Of a DNA stretch of 64,000 nucleotides, positions 61,626 through 64,000 are shown piece by piece. This DNA is from Paraphysomonas bandaiensis (lineage: Eukaryota; Protista; Chrysophyceae), in NCBI GenBank assembly GCA_965644295.1, contig CBFFRP010000235.1, positions 96,646 to 160,645 on the forward strand, given 5' to 3'. The notes under the pieces were generated by a model. It searched no databases. It was given only the letters and a program-made list of their open reading frames with translations, and was not told where the DNA came from. Position 1 is the first letter of the stretch. Each line of letters starts with the position of its first letter. The position numbers were made by a program, and so were the translations under genes.

Positions 61626-62370
61626 CGTACACTATTTTTTCAGTGATCGTAGGCTTAAAAACCTGTTTTATTCATAGAGTTGTAGTGACTAATGCTTACA
61701 ACAAAGTCCCAGTGACACTGTGTAGTAAATATAAACCCCAACACATAACTTCCGAAAGACTCATCAGTGTTTCTGCTTGGTTCTTACTATATTACTGCTG
61801 ACGTAGTAAAGCAAGACTTGTATACTGGGAAGGATGTATCGCTGATCCTGCAGCTTTCTAAGACAGATTAGTATTAGAACACAATTCAGGTTCAAAATTT
61901 TTATATATGTATCGCACATTCTACGTTTTTGAAATACATTAACATGCTTAGATTCTTAGAACGTAAACATTTTAGTCTGTTTGTAGCACGAAATAATTAA
62001 CAGATATACACTGCCAAAAATGAATTCAAACTGTTCACATAGTAGTTACACAAAATCTCTGTCCTCTAGGTTTGACCAGTTCATTACTCATCTCCATAAA
62101 CCAACTTTTGCGGATATTAAGTAATGTATGTGCTGGATTCATATATGTGTCTGTGAAGTAGTATTGGCATGTTACTACTTGTCGTAAGTGTAGAGTAGTT
62201 CTGAAAATAATACTCAGCCTGCCTGGCATAGTTATACAACATACAACAATTCACTATTTCTGCCGCGATTTCGTCCCATCAATTGCGCAACATTAACTCT
62301 CTTCAAAGAATATAGTATATAGTAGACAATGAACAATGAACAATGAACTATCACACATTACATATGATTA

Positions 62371-63672
62371 TTATTTCCTAGCACATACGCGACTCGCTGT
62401 TTGAATGATTAAACGCAGTAAGTAAAAATAAAATTTCATTGACATATGAACAGGGTCATTTCTATAGTGACCATCAAAGTACAAGGCTAGAGTTTCCTCA
62501 TACACATCTACAAAGTGATAATTAGGGATTGAGTCCGCAGCACGTTTGAGTGCGTCATTCTGAGCTCGCAGTCTCCAAGGATTTTGATAGTATTTTTTCA
62601 ATTCGCCATGTTGACTTGGTATATACTCAAATTGGGATACTGGTGGTCCAATAATGAGAGTACAGGCATGGCGGTTATCTGAGTGTGAGTCACGAATGGT
62701 TTGTGCAAGTTCTTCTGGGGAAAGCATAGACGAGTGGCTACCATACCACCAAACAATTGCGCCATTTAATTGAACCACATTTCCACAACCCTTGAGACTG
62801 TCAACCATAGATTCTGTTTTCGGATGCCACTTTTCACCCTTGAGAGGAACACTTATATTTGGGTTATGCACATAGTTTCCTATGCGAGAAATTAAAGAGT
62901 TCTTGGTGTGTAAAAGCATCCTTATCATGTGACTATCACCGATTATACATAACTTCTGCCGTCTTGAAATTGTCTCAGCACAGTTAAATGGTGAACTCCA
63001 CTGACTAAAACTCCACAAGCCTCGTGTTGAATGCTGTCTACATGGTATGTTGCTATCGGTCAAAGCCTGTGAGGTCCGTGGGGGTGTACGAAACTCGAAC
63101 CTGGCCAGAGTCGAATTCTCAGGATCCATAGCAGGCGCAGTGCAATAATCAGTGCATGTGGTTGACTTGTCAGGGCAATTCATAAAGTCATTATAAGACA
63201 GTTCTTCTAAAGGTAATCTACATCCATCAAAACCACGATACAAATATATTTCATAAGGAGTATCAGGGGCAAGAACGAGACTCATATAATAAGCTCCTGA
63301 ACCCACCCATTGTGCATCCACACTACCTGTAACAAAACACTTTGATAATACTGTTCCTTTATCATATATACCATACGGGCTACATGGTTTAGTTTCACGT
63401 GCAAATACACGTACATAACTCCATTGATTACTTCTATTAAGACCATATGTATGAGTGTTATGTACAGGAGGTTGTAAAGGGAAAGATACTTGTCCATTAG
63501 GTTCAATAAAGATCATCTCTAGCAGCTGATGATGAGTGAAATTATTACAATTAGATCGTATATATATACTGTCTATTGAACCGTTTATGTTATTAATAGG
63601 AGTCCATATGCATTGAGATGTACAGTAATAAGATGTGAAGAGAAGATAGGAGAGGAAGAGAGAGGGTGACAT
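62371..63672 (-). CDS. Secreted SGNH/GDSL-like (GDS...DxxH) protein
   Basis: Signal peptide; IIGDSHM and RNDPVH motifs; intronless 433 aa. Confidence 0.72.
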   Translation of the reverse strand: MSPSLFLSYLLFTSYYCTSQCIWTPINNINGSIDSIYIRSNCNNFTHHQLLEMIFIEPNGQVSFPLQPPVHNTHTYGLNRSNQWSYVRVFARETKPCSPYGIYDKGTVLSKCFVTGSVDAQWVGSGAYYMSLVLAPDTPYEIYLYRGFDGCRLPLEELSYNDFMNCPDKSTTCTDYCTAPAMDPENSTLARFEFRTPPRTSQALTDSNIPCRQHSTRGLWSFSQWSSPFNCAETISRRQKLCIIGDSHMIRMLLHTKNSLISRIGNYVHNPNISVPLKGEKWHPKTESMVDSLKGCGNVVQLNGAIVWWYGSHSSMLSPEELAQTIRDSHSDNRHACTLIIGPPVSQFEYIPSQHGELKKYYQNPWRLRAQNDALKRAADSIPNYHFVDVYEETLALYFDGHYRNDPVHMSMKFYFYLLRLIIQTASRVCARK

Positions 63673-63736
63673 GATAGGTGGGAGTAGAAGATGGGATGAT
63701 GGCTACTGCATATGACTTTAGAGATATGAGACTAGT

Positions 63737-63969
63737 ATACATACCTACATACATACATACATACATACATACATACATACATACATACATTCATACATAC
63801 ATACATACATACATACATACATACATACATACATACATACATACATACATACATACATACATACATACATACATACATACATACATACATACATACATAC
63901 ATACATACATACATACATACATACATACATACATACATACATACATACATACATACATACATACATACA

Positions 63970-64000
<31 letters not shown>
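63737..64000 (+). repeat. (TACA)n microsatellite upstream of the SGNH-like gene
   Basis: Tandem repeat running to the window end. Confidence 0.98.

Noticed and set aside
61745-61780. Hammerhead-like CTGATGAG-TC-TTTCG-GA on the minus strand
   Set aside because: The required CGAAA after stem II is absent and I see no stems I and III.
63737-64000. Telomere at the window end
   Set aside because: (TACA)n is the same microsatellite found internally, not a TTAGGG-type repeat.

Overview
Eukaryotic nuclear DNA with GT-AG spliceosomal introns, most likely from a flagellated stramenopile (SIG3-type tubular mastigoneme genes, stramenopile-style TIR and myosin genes). About 17 host genes are supported: CCT protein, 3R-MYB, TLC protein, two SIG3-like genes, secreted ankyrin protein, PTP/DSP phosphatase, CTP synthase, myristoylated TIR-WD40, ankyrin-PARP, HSP20, DnaJ-UBA-CCCH, myosin-WW-PH, C13-like peptidase, GPR107/108-like protein, SGNH-like protein and an orphan SET-like ORF. 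The mobile component is rich. It includes an intact Ty3/Gypsy chromovirus with identical 192-bp hairpin-rich LTRs and no recognisable PBS, inserted in a (GTAT)n microsatellite. There is also a Harbinger-like TIR element carrying Tudor-like and CHZ-like exon remnants, a hAT element with a perfect 8-bp TSD, Copia-like LTRs, a promoter-side 150-bp MITE family, a 3'-side unclassified repeat family and a probable viral fibre-gene relic. All protein-family calls are by eye from motifs; no database searches were run, and exon boundaries are manual.
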